This document shows, piece by piece, positions 1 to 14,200 of a stretch of DNA of 64,000 nucleotides. The position numbers and the translations under genes are program-made. Below the pieces are notes generated by a model. It worked only from the letters and a program-made list of their open reading frames with translations, did no database searches and was not told the DNA's origin. This DNA is from Tubiluchus corallicola. Lineage: Eukaryota > Animalia > Priapulida. Each line of letters starts with the position of its first letter. Positions within the stretch are counted from its first letter, which is position 1. The stretch is from contig JAQGDQ010000660.1 in the NCBI GenBank assembly GCA_030141605.1, forward strand, positions 53,053 to 117,052, given 5' to 3'.

Positions 1-470
1 GTTTATATGTAAGCTTAAGTCGAGTAGCTGTTTTTTAATGTATGATAAATATATTGAACTGCAAATTAATATTTTAGTTAAAACGTTACTTCCAAACAAT
101 GTCTGGAAGGTGTTCCTGCCAGGTCACTAGAGGTCTGATTATAAGTGGGATAAGAATATTCAATTATAAGCAATAAACAATACGCTAACATTTCAAGCTT
201 CTGGCTGCTTCCTATGGTTACAGCTAAAACTTGTACCAGTACAAGTGAAATCAGCTGTATTGATTTTGAGCACATAATGGCTAGTGAGCTTGCCAGGTAA
301 GAGCCGGCAAATAATAACATTACTTGAAAGTGGAAAAATAGTTTTAATTAATATCACAAACAGTAACGTCTTCATAATTATTCAGAGTTCTACAATAACT
401 GCACTTAAAAAAATTTAAATTAGGGCTATTCAGCAGATAATTGAAAGAAAACTAAATTAGTAAACTCATC

Positions 471-1522
471 CGGGGCTGGTGCTAGGAAGTGCAGGTTCCA
501 ATTAGACAATTGTTAGTGGGGCCCTCTACCCTACAAAAGCTGAAGATTTATGTTTTGTGCTTTCCGGAAATATTCAATTATCTCGACCAGAAATAAGCAA
601 CAACAAGGAGTATATTCGTAGCTTTAACTCTGAATAGCGCCAACAGAAAAAATGGCTTTGCCGCTGTGAAGTAAAAATGCATTGTTTTGCTTCCCATGTT
701 TGCTGTATGGAGGTGATGTAACGATTCAAGTGTAATTTTCTGAAGCAGCACCCCCACTAATTTTAGCTGCTGTTTCGTGTAGTATGCCATGCTTAGTCAA
801 AAAATGTTGAGGGCTTGAGGCTCCACCATTCGCCATAGTGGTATGTACTAGAAATTGAAAACCTGTACGAAATATTTGAAGTTTTATTACAAGTCAAGAT
901 ATTTACTGGCATACTGTTTATGTTCCTTCTAAAAACAGACTCTTCTGGCTTTTTTATTCAAGAAATCTTTCAAAATTATTTCAAAGTTAATGGTTTTTAC
1001 AGCCATTTTCTATAGAGAGCAACACCAAATTATTTAGTCCGTCTAGTAAAGTTGTTGACCCAGGTATGTTTTAATCAGTTCTGACTTTTGAAAAACTTTT
1101 TTCACCTGATGCGACTGTTACGAGCATTGTCAAGCAAATCCTCGTCGCAATAAAAACATTAAGAAATGCTGTAAATCTATTGTTCGCTGCCAGGTCTTCA
1201 GCACAACCTTGCAATAGGACTAAACTAAATCGCGTGCTATGCACGGTGTGCTTCGAACAACTAATACATTAGGGCTCACTAACTACCTTTCTAAAAGATA
1301 ATTGGTGATGAACTAAAATTACAAAACAAATTAACAAGCGATCAGTAAAAATGCATTGAAACATAGATATACATCGTTTCAGTACGTTCACAATATCAAG
1401 AAAATTCGTGCATGCTCATTTGGTCTTTTTATAGCGTCTCCGGTTCGAGCGTGTGCACAGGACCCCTCGTGGGCGGGGCCCAATTTGAAGAAATTGGTAA
1501 AATAGGCTTATGACTGGCCCTG
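471..1522. mobile_element. Old hAT-like MITE (CAGGGCC-type ends)
   Basis: Ends CGGGGCTGGT / ACTGGCCCTG (7/10 complementary), flanks AACTCATC vs TACTCATT, GGGGCCC subterminal motif near both ends. Confidence 0.45.
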
Positions 1523-1845
1523 TACTCATTTTGTCCTGTACTGTAATACATTATGTAACTCATGCCTGGGGAAAAATTTAAAGGCAATTCCAACAAATAG
1601 TAATATTTTTAATTGATTCACATGATAATTTGAATGGAATTACTTTGTAGAATTTTTTGCGTTTTTTCTTCGTTTAAATGATAAAAAATATCTGAATATC
1701 GGAAACCTTGTTAATTGCAATACTTATAAAACTGTGTTTTATTGCGATGGAGACAGAAATTTTTGTTACAAAGACATTGTGTCTCTCAAGTGACTTATTT
1801 ATAAGTTTTTGAAAAATACTGTTACGATTACATTTATGCAAACAG

Positions 1846-3410
1846 GAGATACGTGTCCACCCGGTTTTATGTCGCTACCATCTCATGGCTGCTACTATTA
1901 CACAATGGAAACAATGACATATGATGAGGCAAAAGTATACTGCGAAAGTCTTAACAGTCGACTGTTGAGTATTGAGACATTACTTGAGTTTGAAAGTCTG
2001 AAGTCATGGCTCATACATGAACAGAGTAAGACTTTAAGAACATTAATAAAGATAAGTTTAAACTGTTAAAGATTTCATACCAGAGATGAAGAAAATGCTC
2101 TTGTATAAAAGTATTGAAATGTCATTAATGAAATGAGATTGCCAAAACATGTTAAATTAGATATTTAAATAAAACATGAGTAGAAGTTATTCATTCATGC
2201 TCTTTAACATAATAAAAGAGTTTTGTAGCATGACTATTGCAAACAAAAGGTACCAGTGTCTGACTTTTGCAGGCTGTGGACTCTTTTGTATCTATTTCTG
2301 CCACAAAATTTTATTGTATTTATTGTTGTTCAGTTATGTTGTTTGTGCTATAAAGAAGAACTCAAATTTTTAAATGGTACACACTTGAGCAGCATAGAGG
2401 TCTAAAAAGAAGGAAAAGTTTTGTAAAATTATGGAATAGTTTTCCAGACAAACAAACAGAAAAGTTACGTGCAGTTTGCAAGCTATGTGCTGTGATCAAT
2501 TTGCACTATTTTTTACTGAGGAATAGGTAAAACTTAATATAGCATACATTGTTGTCAGAATAGCTACCATTAACCCTTTCACTACAGTAGGCGGCACACT
2601 GCGCCCTATGTTTTTACTGCAAAAGACGGAAGGCGGGTAGGCTGACGCTTAAGATTAGCACTAAGCACAGTCACCCAAGTCTGATTATTTCACTGCTACG
2701 GCCATAGAAAACGTTTTAGAAAAGTTTAACAGCCATGGTATTGGGGGTTACTTCCCAGCAAGTATTGCTAACAAGGCAATCAGTGTCTGAAGACAGAAGC
2801 AATTCACAACACTGTACTGTATGGTATGCTCCCATGCAAAATCACTTGTAGATTGTTGATGAAACATATATTCACTTGACTATTCTCCACTTCTTATGAA
2901 ATGATTGCATATTATGGATTAGTATTACGCCTTTTGTGAAAACTGGTTTCAAAATATAAGTACATGCTTATTTATTTATCACGTGTGTGTGCATGAGTGC
3001 ATATATGTGTGCTTGTATGTGTGCGCATGTGTAGAAATAAAACTAATATTTAATTTTAGGTCTCGGTAACGAACAAATTATTTGTTTATTTACAAGATTC
3101 TGTTTTAGTAACACACCATAGGAAGTTATTGTCAAATGTGCACAAATCAATGTGGCCCAGTTAATAAACCAGTAATATTTGATTGTGTTGATTTAAATTT
3201 CAGTACCAAATAACAATGTGTGGACAAGTGGTTACTATGATGGTGAAAAGTGGTGGTGGGCTTCAACAGGAGAGGAGTTCACATTTACAGCGTGGGCACC
3301 TGATGAACCCTCCCTCGCAGGAGAAACTTACGTGATGTTAATGGCTTCACAGGACTTCGAATGGGATGATGTATTCACAAAAGATACTGCACACCCTATG
3401 TGTGAAAGAG
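1846..3410 (+). CDS. C-type lectin domain of the polycystin (exons 1846-2025, 3204-3410)
   Basis: CPPGF..GCYYY..TYDEAKVYC..LLSIE..E / VWTSG..WWW..G..F.AWAPDEPS..WDD..MCE; phase-1 junction CAG A|gtaag ... cag|TA. Confidence 0.9.
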
Positions 3411-6400
3411 GTAATTTATGCAAAAAGCCAAAGCTTACTACATTTTCACTATCTTAACTTAGTATGTGAATATTTTTATCTAGTTTTTCACACCAAATTA
3501 TTTTCATTTTGCACTGATTCTAAATGTTTACTTATTTGTATATCAGGCCTATTACTAGCTCAGGTGATACTGGCTGGTTGTTATTTTCTGTGAGTCTTAG
3601 TGTAGGTATCATAAATTAGTGCGTTATGATTTGGGTTCACTTTGCAGTATTAATTCATGCTTACAGCTGCTTACAGTTTTAGATGTTCACAAAGTTCCTT
3701 AAAATTTTTTTATTCATTTTGTTATAATGATATTGTAAGACCAAGTTACAGTAATTCGTACTATAACTAGGCAAAACGTCGCTAAAGAATTTTGCACGTA
3801 AAGTTACAGTGACAACCCAAACCACACCACATTACACGATTCCACATCAAACCATACCACACTCACTACACTACACATTCACACCACACCCACCACATCC
3901 ATACCATACATCACTACTCTCACCGCATCACAACATATCATCAGATCATATCACCTACACCACACCACCCAAACCATGCCATTCACACCACACCTTTATC
4001 AAGACAACAGTGGTGATGATAGCAGCAGCAAAAACAACAACAACAGCAACAGCACCAGCAGCGACAACGATAACAACAACAACAGCAACAGAAACTGCAC
4101 GTCATACATGAACAGCAACAACAACATTAAATTTTACACAAAAGCAGAACTGTGTAAAATGACAAAAACTTATTTTTTGCACCCACTAATGATCAATAAT
4201 GCATGAACAGTAATATCACACTACTTACGTAATCTTATGTTTAACAAAAACGGCTTAATAAAATAAGCAATCTATAGGCATAATACAATGGATGACGTAA
4301 CTAAGATTTAATTACGCTCTAGACTTCCCCAGTGGGAATCACGAAAAAGAAATGATAATTATTTCGTTCTTGTAGGTTATTGTGGAAATGTTTCAAAAAG
4401 AGATATACCTCATGAGGGACCCCAGTTCCTCTTCAATACAAAATGCCAGAAAACTCCCTCCAGAACTACGAGAAAGCTTCTCACAAACTATTTTTCTACA
4501 TAGTGTTTGGTCAGAATTTTGCAAAAAAATCTAGTGGCTGGCTTCGGGAAACACTTATTGCAGGAAAGCTGGGGCTTCCTGGGAAAGTAAATTATGTCTG
4601 TTAAGCCCTATGTTGAATACTCTTTCGAATGATATATAGCACCCTTGGCTCTCACAGTCCATTTTTTCAAATCTTTGTTTTATAAGTGTTGTGAAAGGAG
4701 CCCATCATTTTTGGCATTTTTTTGCCTGCTGTGGGACACAGTAAGACGCGTGATTCATCTAACCTCTTGTTGATATATAATTTGTTGTAAATAGTTAAAC
4801 TGACACTTTAGCAGTGCCGAGAAAATCACACGTTATATAAACATGTGAATCTAGATAGACATGAAGATACTTGGAATTAATGTGTTGTCATAAGCTGAGT
4901 TTTCCCTGCTGTGGATTCAAAGTTCCACTCTCTCAGGGATACAGAATGTAAGACCTGTACATTATATCATATTCACTTTATCACAAAAACGTGTTAAAAG
5001 GCGTGAATCCTGCTTCTGATTGACTCAAATTCAAATTTCTTACCTGACCCATCCCCCTGTGTGAAATTTATAAATCTATGTGATCTGCCATCAATATATT
5101 AATGGTGGCCATGGGGTCTAGGATCCAGCACTGGATTGTAACACTCTGGTACTCTATAGACAGCAATGACGACAGCAATGACATTACACAGGGCTGTTGA
5201 CTAACATAAATGGCATTTCGCATACTATGCAGTATATATGTAATTAGATAAGTGAACAGGTCAACTTACGTAAAAGACTAACACAACACTGTTAATGTAC
5301 ATTATCGCTAAAATCACGCAGTACAAAAATCAAGTACAAATCAGTACAAAATCAGCCATGAGAGATGTGACATTCTCCAATTGAAAAGTCAGAAGCATCT
5401 TCGTAATCATGATCAATCATCCAGTTACCAGATTAAGGCATTTATGTATCGGTCATACCCTGAGGCTACTATAACAATTAATGTGTTATTTTTCAGTGGC
5501 TAGAGAAGTCCGATCTGAATACAGGGGCTGTTGGCTGTTTCCACCAGACGTTCAGTTTACAGAAGAACGGCGGGCAGTGAAAACAGCCTCCGAATGCCTG
5601 GCTGAATGCAGACGACCTGAGCTGTTGGATAATGGCCAATTAACAATAGGCTATTTTGCCATTATGGGAAAAAAAGATTGGGCAAATATATGTTATTGCG
5701 ATCTCCTTGGTACTGGCAGGGCTACCTCTGCAGCTGATAAGGCATGCCCTCAGTGCATTGATGGCAGTTATTGTGGTAGCAGTAATTCATATGCTGTATA
5801 TGACACAGGAGGTAAGAATCAATGCTTTAATGTATAATAATATGTGGGCAGTTTGTAGAGAAGGTAAACAACAGAAAAACGTTTTTTACATTAATGGTGT
5901 TCCTATTTTTAGTCAGGCGTTTCCCACTGAATAAGAGCATACTTGTGAAAAAGACAGAGAAAATGGAATTCTTTTTGGTTTCTTTCAATAGTCTATTTTC
6001 CCTTACTGGTAACTGGGGGGCTGTTAGATAATGGTGAGGGTGTTATATTGGTTTTTCACAATTTTGTTTTCGACGAGTGATATATTGAGTGTCGTAATTG
6101 ACTCGTCTGTGTTGTTTTTGTAAGTGTAAGTCTATGAAGGTTAAAATCGGTACTGCACAAAAAATAGCTAGTATTTATAACAACATGGTACTGCTTACAT
6201 TTCGATACACTCCTGATGTATTGTGAATTTTATAATTATTCAGTCCATTAGGCATATGTTGACAATTTTTATATGGTTGCTCCTTCTACCCTAAAACCTG
6301 GTTATGCCCCTTTTGAAGCTCCTCCATACGATGGCCTTATACACTTTGCAGAAGCTTACAAGTTTCGTTGTCACCTTCATCTCGCTGTGGCTGAATTTAC

Positions 6401-9400
6401 CATTTGCATATTTAAGCGGGGAGTAATTTGCAACACCTGTTGATTAAGCAAATGAAATGTTGTTAAAGAGAGGCTTAGAATATTCTAAGTGGTTCATCTT
6501 AGTGGGACAGCTTTCATAACGAGCCAGATTCTGGCCTTCAGCTAGGTAATGAGCCACAGATATCAACATTAAATAGGCTATGTCACTGAGTACTCCCATT
6601 CGCTTTTGGAACAATTTCTATAAAAATGATAACTAAAATTAAATCCATCAGTAATGTGTATTTTTTGATATTTGCAATAATGGATGCCAAATTAGTAACA
6701 TCAACTAACTTATTAATGTGTGTTACAGGGCCTCATGAATACTACCAGGGATGCTTCTCACTTTTTCGCTGGCATGCTTATTTCCAAATACACCACAAAC
6801 TTAAACAGACTGTTAAAATTGACAAAGAGTGTGAAGAAGTATGCTTACAAAAAGGCTATTATTTTAGCAGCATTGTTTTGAATGACCTTGATGAGTATAC
6901 TTGTAAATGTGGTAATGGTTTTCCATTCACGAGATATTCATTATCCTGTATACGCTGCTCCATGACTACTACTGGCACATGTCCTGGAAAAAATTCTGCC
7001 GTTGTTTATGTTACTAGAAGTAAGTATGCAGATAATTTTGACCATCGTAAATTCACAACTTATGTTAACTGTACCCTTTGCTATGGGATACACGGGTTTT
7101 GTTTTTTCTTCCTTATTTATGTATATTTCTTTAGTTTCTCATATACAAAAAAATATAACATTTGCATAGCGTGGGCATGTAACTGTACTCTGGTGTGTGA
7201 AACAGCTCATGGGTCCCACTGTGTATTTTGATGTGTGAACGCTAATCAATATCAAGTCTGATTAGTATAGACGGCTTTCTGCTCCATGCAACTATTTTTT
7301 AAAATCAAATCTGTTCTTCTAGGTGATAAGTCCAACAGATTGTCCCACACTGTTACAAATCCCTTCTTGCTCTATCTGATGACGCATACTATGACAGCAT
7401 CTAGTGAACCCAAATTCTATTTTTAATTTCCGATAATAAACATGATGTTTTATTTATAGAATTTTCTTTGGAAGAAAAATAAAAAACGAGTTGACGATGT
7501 TTTTGGCGTAATTACTGAAGATTTTGTAAACAATAGTTATAAAAATGAGCCTTGAAAATGAAGAGACGACACCCTTTCTTTTTGAAAGTGCTTTTTTATT
7601 GAATTCACCGTGCTTGAATACATAGGACATGCATTTCACTCCTGAGCATTTAACTGTTTAGCCTATCACCCACGAGTCAAAGGTCAAACAATCCCAGCAC
7701 TACTTATATCATTTGGTTTGTCTCATTGAGATCTTTAATTTGATGTACAACAAGCTAGTTTTGGTTGATACTGGAAAGCATTTGTCTCCTCATCCCCTAT
7801 CTCCAGAGGGTTAACCATTCTTATTAAACTTATTCTTATTAACCTTTCATTTGATATGCTGCATGTTACTATTGCTCGACACTTGGTGCATTTCACTTCT
7901 TGACCCAATTTTTTCAGTTTTTGCCCCCTACTGGGGTCAGAGATCAACCAATCTCTGGGTAATTATTACCATTCACTTTGTCCCATCGAAACCTTTCATT
8001 TGATAGACTACGTTAGTTTCAGTTGACACTGGAAAGCATTTGTCTCCTCGATCCCCATTTTACCCCCTAGTGGGGTCATAGATTAACCATTTTCATTGTA
8101 CCCCATGCCTTTCGATTTGCCTCATCAAGATCTTTCAGTTGATATGCTACAAGGTACTATTTCTTGACACTCAGTGCATTTCTGTTTGCAATCGCCATTT
8201 TTTGGTTTTCCCCCCAGTGGAAATTTTTCCTCATGTATGTCCCATATTTTGTGATGCACAAAGGACACAGCCCCACTTAGCAGTATGCCAAACATTGTCG
8301 CCCTAGCTCAAAAACTATGAGAAGAGATGAATCCTAAAGAAAAATAAATGATGACCCACCTGCTCCGTGACCTTTGATCCTGCAATTCCCTTTGCCCAGA
8401 GAGTGTACCCTGTAAGTTTCTGGCTTCTAGCCCTCAGCATGTAAAAGGTCACCAAATGGGGAACCCAAATTTTGCATTTTGGCCCGTCTCTCGAGTGTTT
8501 AAGGCTTATAAGTACATCTAACCGACAGTAGCCAGATGCTTGTGAAAAAAATGGAAAAAACTGAAAGCCCTGGGAGAAGTTGCAAACTAAAGGAAAAACT
8601 ACGTCCATTGCCCTTCCCCTTGACCAGTGTCAGTGGTCAAGAAGCTGTTGTTCGTCCTCCGCCCAGAGTTACCAACTTTGTGAGTTTGGTGACCCTAGCT
8701 TGTAAGGCTTATGAATTATTGAGCATTAAAGTTGCAGAGAATAAGTAATACATAATAAATGATAAATAACTATATGAGAAACAGCAGAATGCACAGAAGA
8801 TGACTAAAGACTATTTTTATATTAAAATATTATGCAATACTGAGGAAGAACACATTGTACAACACAGAGAAACACAAAAACATGAATGTGGGCTTGATTA
8901 TCTTATAAAAGGCACCACTTACATTTTTAATACAGTAGGTGCCGCTTAATAGATTCACTTTGGGATGAAAGTGTTTTGATCCAATTAACAGACTGAATCT
9001 ATTCTATCGGACGTAGTACTGTCCAAGCTTGATCTTTTATTTTGAATGCCTGCGCAAGCCAAATAAACACTATTTTATTTTTATTCTTAACAATTAGGTT
9101 AATATTAATATGTTGCAATATTATAGTGCTAAGGTTATTTGAACTTGAAATATTTCTTTACGAGGTGAAGAGATGAAGCAGTTTAGTTTTGCATATGTAC
9201 AGCTGTGAAATCGGCACGGTAACCTAGTTATGTTTAACACATACTTGCCTCTCATTGGTTATTTTAAAAATGCATAAACACAGGTGATTCCTACAGGTCG
9301 TGGAGAAGTGAATTTCTCGATCTAGCTATACAGTTGATACTTAGTTTTTGAGTGTATTGTTGCGTGTGGCAGGCACATCTAAAGTCTGCCCACACTGCTC

Positions 9401-11162
9401 AGTTCGAACATCTCTAACGAGATTGATTGAGATGTTTTGATTTATACTATTGTGGAACTTCCTCAACTGATATAAACGGAATAGAAACGGCATGTTAATA
9501 TGGTAAATGGAATACGGAACTTAATCTAGACTTGTATTGGTGATACTCCCAGCAAGTTGGCAGACGGAGTCGAGCAAGCTAGACTCACGAGGAAGTTGTA
9601 GCTATCGTGTCAGTGGTGAGGCGAAGGGGTGGTGGTCCTTGAGGTGAGCTGTCAGCGGCTGTTGGAACTTGGTGGAATCGAATGACGGATGGTATGTTAT
9701 GAATCGATAACGCATAGAATGGAATGGAATGTTGCAGATACGTTTACAAAGTCTAGTGATGAAACCATTGTCATGGAATGGAAATGGAATGGTAACGCAG
9801 TTGATGCCAGGACTGGAACTCCGACGTGGTAAACCGGGTACCGGTATGCTTGTAGCCTCCTATACACTTGTACAGTTTTGCTTAAATGATCTGTGCACAG
9901 TTTTTTTCATGCATATTATATTTGTAATTAAATAAAGCAATTGAATTTAATGCCCAGTTTATTTAGACTAATAGAGATTGTCAATTTCTTCTAAATATTA
10001 CATCACAACAGTGACGATGTTACGCGTTAGGGAAATAACACAGAACCCTTAGCACGTGCTTTAGGAAGGGCCGTCACATCTATCATGTGATAGATTTAGT
10101 AATATTAATGTAGAAGTATAAATCATCAGCTTGGTATGCAGTGCAAAGTTTTTAAATGAATTTAAAAATGAAATAATGCCAAATTTCTATGCAGTTATTT
10201 AAAAATATTAATTTGTAAGGTGTATTAATAAAAAGAGAAGTTCAAAAAGTTTACTTTTCTAATTCTTTGACAGCAGTTTGTGGTGCCCGTGTTTTTCTGC
10301 AATTGGCTTTGTCTGTAGTTTCGTCTAAGCTTCCGCTTGCTGTCATGACAATTTCATCATTGGTTAATTGGTGAAAAACAGCGACAGTTTCAGAAGCAAA
10401 CCGCAGAGCAAGTGCTTCTATGTCTTGTTTCCATAAGTTCTTGGGTAACGAGGTTAATGCAGTTAGCACGTGGGTCAAAGCAAATCCTCTAGGCTAGCAT
10501 ATTAGCATATGATAAACGTTGCTTTTTACAATCAAAACTGTGCATAACATGATTACTTCTACATATACTATAGAACAAAAGTGAACTAAAATGACATAAA
10601 AGTCATAAAAACTTATTGGTCACACAAAAGTGTTTTATTGAAGCTTGTGAAACCGACATATTATGCAGAGTTATTTGAGCTTATTATCATATATATATAT
10701 ATATATAATTGTTATATACATATGAATAGAAGCGGTCCTCACTAGGTGAATAAATTAAGCGACTGATTCTATGCTTACTGTAATATGCTAAAATCTTATT
10801 GTTCTCTTTCTGTACAACTAAGAAGCAGCAGATTGTTTAATCAGCTTTAACTGAGAAAAAACTTTTGGTAAGTCTCAACGTATTAACTTAACGGCTTGAG
10901 GAAAACAAATAATATTTTTCAACTCAATTCTTCCATTAAAATCAACCAAATCACAATCAAAAATTAAATTTTCAGATGTGCATCACTGGTACATGACTTC
11001 CCTCTACCCATTAGACATACTCTTTGTGAAAAACTTGCCAGCTACACGTTAAAATTTAATATTTCTGTTTTTCTTTCATATGTTTCTAGAGACATCTGTA
11101 AATCAATTGTTAGTTAAATACCTGCATGGAGAGAAATAAAAAAAGGGATAAAAGGATATGAG

Positions 11163-11214
<52 letters not shown>

Positions 11215-14200
11215 AATTAGAAAGAAAGACAGGGGGAAAAGGGTAACAGAGAGGGGTAAAGAGAAATCCTATTGAAATAACATAAATCATAATGTAAAGA
11301 GAAATCCATGGCAACAGTAACAGATGTTTTAGATGACATATCCTAGTATTTGGACAGAAAACTACTAAATTAACAGATAACCCAATGCTTGTCATTCCGG
11401 ACCTGTTTTCTCTGTACCCTGTGACAATTAGCCTAAATTGACCTATATATTGACAGAGCCTGTAGTATTAGAAGAGCATTTTTTGCTGGTGGCACTGGCT
11501 TTTGGTGACATTTTGTGTCTTTTGTTATATTTTTATGTTTCTTTGTGGTGGCAAGTCATTTCAATTTGCTGTATAAAATCATTGAAACATTAGGCAGGCA
11601 TTATTTGATTATTGTTATGTTAATTTTACAGATTATCTTGCTAGTGACGACTTATTGGGGTGTTGGAAGGACAAAGTTCCCTTTTTGCAAGGTCATCTTC
11701 GCGGACCGCGAGATATTGGAAAACAACCAACAGGGGAACATTTTAGGGGAATGTTGACCCCGCAAAATTGCAAGAAAGTTTGTTCGGAGAAAAACTTTGG
11801 TTATATAGGCTTGCAGTATTCTGCAGAGTGTTATTGTGGCAATATGTATGGGCGACATGGTATTGTTTTTATGCCTTGTAATTTTGAATGCTTCTGGAAT
11901 TCTAACAGGCGATGCATTCTGCATGAATCATTATGTATGACTTGTGGTGGGAGTGCAGCTCTGCAAGTTCATCCAAGTAATGGTAAGAGTTTATTATTTC
12001 ATAATGAAAAGTAAGTTACCAATAATTTTCGAGTATCTTAGAATGAGTTTCTTTACACGCTGCTAGCTGTCATGAACAGGGTAGCTGATAGTTACTGTTG
12101 TGGTAGTGTATGTATCGTGTATTTTATCCCAACTTGTAAGATAGGGTCTTGGCCTGGATCACAACTTTTATATTTTTCATTCATCTTCTATTTTTTTAGC
12201 TATAATCATTATATATTAGTCGGGTTAGGAAAAATTGTTGTCATTTTAGTTCTTGCAAAATTTGATATGATGCTAGATGCTTCTTTAAGCAACAGTTCAT
12301 AAACATTAGTAGAGACCATTCCAAATTTGCCAGCATTTACAGTGCTGGACAAACTGGTTACGTAATCAGACAGAATTTACTAGCAAAGGCCTCTTCACCT
12401 GTCCAAATACTCTGGCCAAAGCTCAACACAGGGACAACGATTAAACACAGACCCTTCAGACTTGAAATTTCTATAATGATAAGCAAGAGTCAAATAATAT
12501 TGGGCCTAATGATACTTAAAATTTTAAACAGTTAACCCTGTTAACTACTTAATTGGTGCATGATGGTCCCTGCCTATATAAACTGGTTGTTTATTTGTAA
12601 ATTTACTACTGATAATGATAGCAGCAGCTAGTCGAAACGTATGGCATGATTTTAACTTTTAACTTTTTAATGTAAACGTTTTTGATAAAGTTCTGTTGTT
12701 TTTAACTGTAAATATTTAAAATTGGTATAATAACCATGTATAGGCATATGCCATGTAAATCACATGCTAAAACAAATTGTTGTTTCTTGTAGAATGTTTC
12801 TGATATTTTTAGGAGTGTTAGCATGATAATTTATTTATTCATGTTATTGTTTTAATTCAAGAATTTGAGCCCGGTGAAAAACTTGGTTATGGATGCCACA
12901 AATTGAGTTCATACCATGATCTGCTTGGGGTAGTTACAAGGGAAACCATGGCACCTAGAATGTGCATGTATCATTGCTATGAAAAAGGTATGCTAAAATT
13001 TTGTAGTGAGATAATACGTTGACTGATTTTGTAAAGTTTCTATGCTAAGCCACATTTAGACAATTGAGGGTCACATTCTGACCGAGTGACACTCAAAGTT
13101 GTCATTCTTGCATGTCAGAAATAAAAGTAAACGTTCGGAACATACTAATTTGTTATTTGATTTGTTTCTAATTTTTTTTTCTCGTTTTTAGACAGTTCAA
13201 TTTCTTGCCTCTTTCATTTGTCATTTACTTTTATGCCCAGTCATAATGGCAATTATGCTATTTTAAATGTAGTAAACTAAAATGATAATCCCATCCTGTT
13301 ATACTCTGGCTTTATGTTATTGTGTAATGAAAAACATGTATTTGATTCCACGTGTTATGTTCACAAGCACGTTACTGCTATTGTAACTTACAATGTAGTA
13401 TACGGGTTGTCATTTATTTTCAGGACACAAATATGCTGTAATTCTTAGCGAAGATACTTGTGGCTGTGCCGTACATGAAGCGACTTTCATAAAAGAAGTG
13501 GATTCCAAACTCTGTGATTACCTATGTGGCGGATCAATGACAGGCAGAAAAAATTTTCATTTTTGCGGTGGACATGAACATGCTAGTGTGTACAGATTAT
13601 ACCATGGTAACTACCTTTTTTGAACTCATACTTCTCTCGGCTATTTGTTGATATAACAAAATAAATGGTCATGTATAGGAAATTCGTGAATATTGTTTGT
13701 TTTAGGATTAATTGACATGAAACCACAATGCCATAGTTGTAGAATTGTCTGTTTATTGAATACAGCACTTTTAGTTTGTTCAGTAACTATAATAGTAGCC
13801 GTTTAAGCTCATTTCATAACAAACATTTTGGACACAGTTTATTTGGGCACATAGGACATTTAGGCACAAGATAATTTGTACGCAGGGGACATTTAGACAC
13901 ATCGGACATTAATTATTTTTGGCCATAGGTGTTTTTACATAGGACATTTACAAACGGCAATAATTTGGATACGTAACTGTTTAGAGATACTAAAGATACC
14001 ATTTCGATTCATTTGTGAGATCGTATCATTTAACAACAGTGGTTGTTTGGTTGTACCCTGTTCTTGGAGATTGCTGAATTTAAGTTGTTTTTTACAACAT
14101 TCAAGTAGTTTCTAATGTCTGAAAAGCCATAGATCAAACAAATTATGTAATATCTATTTGAAAGATCTATTTGTCGCTACTTCAGAGCTCCTCCAGAGGT

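Noticed and set aside
78-296. Possible first exon of the polycystin (ag at 76-77, ag|gtaaga at 296)
   Set aside because: All three frames contain stops; the only frame open up to the donor ends in phase 2, which fits neither 1003 nor 1846.
2570-2620. piggyBac-like end TTAA-CCCTTTC
   Set aside because: No matching right terminus found within the same intron.
3809-4206. His/Thr-rich and Asn-rich ORFs as a mucin-like exon
   Set aside because: Translation of microsatellite; flanking exons already join in phase and no convincing splice sites.
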